This document shows, piece after piece, positions 61,379 to 64,000 of a stretch of 64,000 nucleotides of DNA; position 1 is the first letter of the stretch; each line of letters opens with the position of its first letter. The translations under genes and the position numbers were made by a program. Where the stretch lies: positions 928,001 to 992,000 of the forward strand of contig CBDHDG010000005.1 in NCBI GenBank assembly GCA_965261595.1. The letters run 5' to 3'. The stretch is from a bacterium. GTDB taxonomy: Bacteria; UBA8248; JACPRG01; G963555815. The notes beneath the pieces are model-generated. The model saw nothing but the letters and a program-made list of their open reading frames with translations. It was not told where the DNA came from and made no database searches.

Positions 61379-62188
61379 GTGAAAATTCACCGTGAAGGTG
61401 GCGGAATCGGGGATAGACCGCGGATTTTCATGGCGAATGTCGGGGCCAACCGGTCGCATGCCGTTCAAAGCCCGCTCTTCCCGGACGGGACCTTCGAGCT
61501 TGTCCCCATCCCGGAAGGGGACGCCTTTCAGGCCGATCCCGCGCCACGGTACGGCGACCTTCGTTGTTTCAACTCCTCCGGGCCGCTCTCCGGCTTTCTC
61601 CCCGAGCGTTTTTCGCGAATCCATGCCCACCGGGACCCGGATTTTGATGAGTGGACTTACGGGGACCTGTGTCATTACGCCCCCAGGGCCGCGGGACTGA
61701 AGGGCCTCCGCCCGGGAGACCTGCTCTTCTTTCTCGCAAGGCTGGTCCCGTTCAGCGAGGATCGGTTTGACGCGGAAAAGGGAGGGTTTTTCCTGGTGGG
61801 CGTCCTGGAAATCGAGGAGGTGTTCGCCGAGATTCGGGAGACGCCGCCGAAGCGCGTCCTGAAGCGGATCGGCCAAAATGCCCACGTGCTTCGCGGACGA
61901 ATGGACTCAGCGCACTTCGACGGATTCTGGGTTTTCACCGGGACGGAGAATTCCCGGTTGTTTCACAAGGCCGTTCCGGTCAATCGAAGGATGGCGGAGC
62001 GGGTTTTCCGGGATGCGCGGGGGGCGCCTTGGGATTGGGAAGGCCGCACGGAGCTTCAGGTGATCGGCTCGTACACCAGGAGTTGTCGGATGGTCATCGA
62101 CCCGAACACCCCCCGTGGGGCAAAGGCCGCCGCGGGGCTTTTCGCCGCGATCAGAAACAAAAATCCGGGTTTTCAGTCTTTGTTCTGA
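61379..62188 (+). CDS. Nmad3-like (nucleotide modification associated domain 3) protein
   Basis: NVG.., SPLFPDGTFELVPIPE, HRDPDF, TYGD, GDLLFF, FFLVG, NAH motifs recalled for this family. Confidence 0.68.
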   Translation: MKIHREGGGIGDRPRIFMANVGANRSHAVQSPLFPDGTFELVPIPEGDAFQADPAPRYGDLRCFNSSGPLSGFLPERFSRIHAHRDPDFDEWTYGDLCHYAPRAAGLKGLRPGDLLFFLARLVPFSEDRFDAEKGGFFLVGVLEIEEVFAEIRETPPKRVLKRIGQNAHVLRGRMDSAHFDGFWVFTGTENSRLFHKAVPVNRRMAERVFRDARGAPWDWEGRTELQVIGSYTRSCRMVIDPNTPRGAKAAAGLFAAIRNKNPGFQSLF

Positions 62189-62306
62189 TTTTGTGATGAG
62201 AAGGGAGGGTTGATTCCCTGACTGGGGTTGGTTAGGTCCCGCTGAATCCGCGTGGGACAATAAGTCGCGAATCCAATAGATTAAGTTAATTCTAATAAAT
62301 ATTAGT

Positions 62307-62319
62307 TAACATATTGATA
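62307..62319 (-). promoter_or_regulatory. IHF consensus site in AT-rich block
   Basis: TATCAATATGTTA on minus strand matches WATCAANNNNTTR. Confidence 0.5.
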
Positions 62320-62526
62320 ATATTGGTATTATATTGATATATATGTTACTTTACATTAACTGTTTCGTCAAGGGTTTGATGGTAGGTTGACGCCGAGCGA
62401 GCTTGCGTTGGGCGGGTTGGCGCTGGTTGGGCGGGGAAGGTGATCTGTGCTGCGCTGGGGCTGTTTGAAGCTTTGGTTGCGGCTCCCTTCGGAGGAGCGG
62501 GAACAAGCGAGGAGTTCGTAAAGCCG

Positions 62527-63426
62527 ATGTCGACGTACACGTTGCACCCCGAGATAAAACTTGGTCCTGTCCATTTGACCGTTTCGGACATGGCTCGATC
62601 TTTGAACTTCTACCGGGACGTCCTCGGCTTCAGGTTGCTTGAACAATCGGCTGATCGGGTCTCCCTGACGGCGGACGGCGCTTCACCCATCCTTCTCCTG
62701 ACCGAGGTTCCGGGGGCGCGGGCGGGTTTTTCCCGAAACACCGGTCTCTATCACTTCGCCGTTCTTTATCCGGAACGGGCCGATCTCGCCCGCGCCTTGA
62801 AGCGGTTGTGGGATTCGGGTTACCCGCTGGGCGGGTGCTCGGACCACGCTGTGAGCGAAGCGCTCTATCTGGATGACCCCGACGGAAACGGCATCGAGCT
62901 TTATCGGGACCGGCCCCGGTCGGCCTGGCCGATGCGCGACGGCAAGGTCTCGATGACGACCGATCCGTTGGACCTGGATGACCTGGTGGGCGAGGCGGCC
63001 TCGGACGAGGGGGAGGGGGGGGGGGAGGGGCCGTGGGACGGTCTTCCGAAAGGGGCCTCCATCGGCCACATCCACCTCCATGTGATGGACCTGGAGGAAT
63101 CGGCGGCGTTTTACCGCGACGCGCTCGGGTTCGAGGTGCAGGCCCGATACCGCCAGGGGGCGCTGTTCCTGTCCGCGGGAGGCTACCATCATCACCTCGG
63201 CATCAACGTCTGGGCGGAGAGGATGAGGAGTCCTCAGGTCGAAAACGTCGCGGGTTTGCGGTCTTTCGCCGTGTGCGTCCCCGACGCCGCCGAGTTGGAC
63301 CGGCTCGAGGGCCAACTGGAGGCCGCCGGCGCGGCTTTCACGCGCAAGGACGGCGCCATTTTCGTGGACGACCCTTCGGAGAATACGGTGATCCTCCAGG
63401 AAGGCCACTCCGCCGGAGGTCTTTGA
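62527..63426 (+). CDS. VOC family protein, CatE-like catechol 2,3-dioxygenase
   Basis: VHLTV, GLYHFA, DHAVSEALYLDDPDGNGIELY, GHIHL, GGYHHHLG.N.W. Confidence 0.85.
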   Translation: MSTYTLHPEIKLGPVHLTVSDMARSLNFYRDVLGFRLLEQSADRVSLTADGASPILLLTEVPGARAGFSRNTGLYHFAVLYPERADLARALKRLWDSGYPLGGCSDHAVSEALYLDDPDGNGIELYRDRPRSAWPMRDGKVSMTTDPLDLDDLVGEAASDEGEGGGEGPWDGLPKGASIGHIHLHVMDLEESAAFYRDALGFEVQARYRQGALFLSAGGYHHHLGINVWAERMRSPQVENVAGLRSFAVCVPDAAELDRLEGQLEAAGAAFTRKDGAIFVDDPSENTVILQEGHSAGGL

Positions 63427-63769
63427 AATTCTGACGATTTGAGACGAGTGGATGGAGTCATTATTCCGAAACCGGATTCACTCATATCTCGATGGTCATG
63501 AGCCAACATCCGCCTCCAGCACAACTGGTTCATCACCCCGTCGACGAACAGCAGGTTGATCCAAGAGCAGTCCGGACGGTAGGCCCAAGCCATCCGCTCC
63601 CCCCCCCTGGGCGTCCCCCGCCACTTGATGATTCTTGAATGGGATAAGCGCGGCGGGGTTCCCTACGCCATTCCAGCCGCGCTCCCTCCAATCGATTCAA
63701 CCGACAAAAAACCTCTATTATGGCCCGAGCCGTTTTGAATCCATCCCGCAAAAGGGTCGAGTTTTCGCC

Positions 63770-64000
63770 ATGAACGATTTTCCAAGGCTTTTCGAGCCCA
63801 TCGAGATCTCCGGCCTCCGCCTCCGCAACCGGATCGTCAAGGCCCCCATGGCCACGAACTACGCCACGCTGGACGGGTTTGTGACGCCGGAGATGATCGC
63901 CTATTACCGGGAGCGCGCCCGGGGTGGCGCCGGGCTGGTCATCGTCGAGTTCGCCTCGATCGACGATGTCGCGAGCAAGTCGTGGCGCCGTCAGTTGGGG
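63770..64000 (+). CDS. NADH:flavin oxidoreductase (OYE/2,4-dienoyl-CoA reductase family), runs off the window
   Basis: MNDFPRLFEPIEISGLRLRNRIVKAPM...YYRERARGGAGLVIVE. Confidence 0.85.
   Translation, partial: MNDFPRLFEPIEISGLRLRNRIVKAPMATNYATLDGFVTPEMIAYYRERARGGAGLVIVEFASIDDVASKSWRRQLG

Noticed and set aside
62270..62365. Replication origin unwinding element
   Set aside because: No DnaA-box cluster seen and no origin-linked genes nearby.
63430..63760. Short ORFs between the catE-like and OYE genes
   Set aside because: No recognisable motif or convincing SD; possibly a remnant but unsupported.

Overview
High-GC (about two-thirds GC by eye) diderm bacterial chromosome segment. Gene content and order (split atpZIBE-rex, ilvB-ilvB-ilvN, psd-pssA, many THI5-type binding proteins and Mo-hydroxylases) suggest a Nitrospinota/Tectomicrobia/Desulfobacterota-like organism; this is inference. 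Bases 1-31.9 kb are an accessory catabolic region rich in N-heterocycle/amide enzymes: amidohydrolase + Rieske, two xanthine-dehydrogenase-family Mo subunits, a cyclic amidohydrolase, UbiD, DUF1989, alpha/beta hydrolases, an LLM oxidoreductase, M20 and M29 hydrolases, a CoA-transferase/beta-oxidation module and three NMT1/THI5 binding proteins, one carrying compensating frameshifts. Its most striking element is a selenocysteine-containing GrdB (in-frame UGA in the STUGTCTRC motif, cut short in the ORF track) plus a GrdE/GrdI-like partner that appears to lack the cleavage Cys. These two are co-oriented with a hydantoinase-like gene and a Mo-hydroxylase, with no grdA/C/D in the window. Bases 32-60 kb are mostly housekeeping: mreB, plsY, pgsA, sigma70, bamD, chorismate mutase, Fo genes with a Rex-like box, rex, tsaB, duplicated ilvB/ilvN, psd, pssA, lptD, fba-fbp-pfkA and an RND pump. 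Near 61-62 kb an Nmad3-like gene lies between two very AT-rich blocks, each with a consensus IHF site. No rRNA, tRNA or CRISPR array was recognised.
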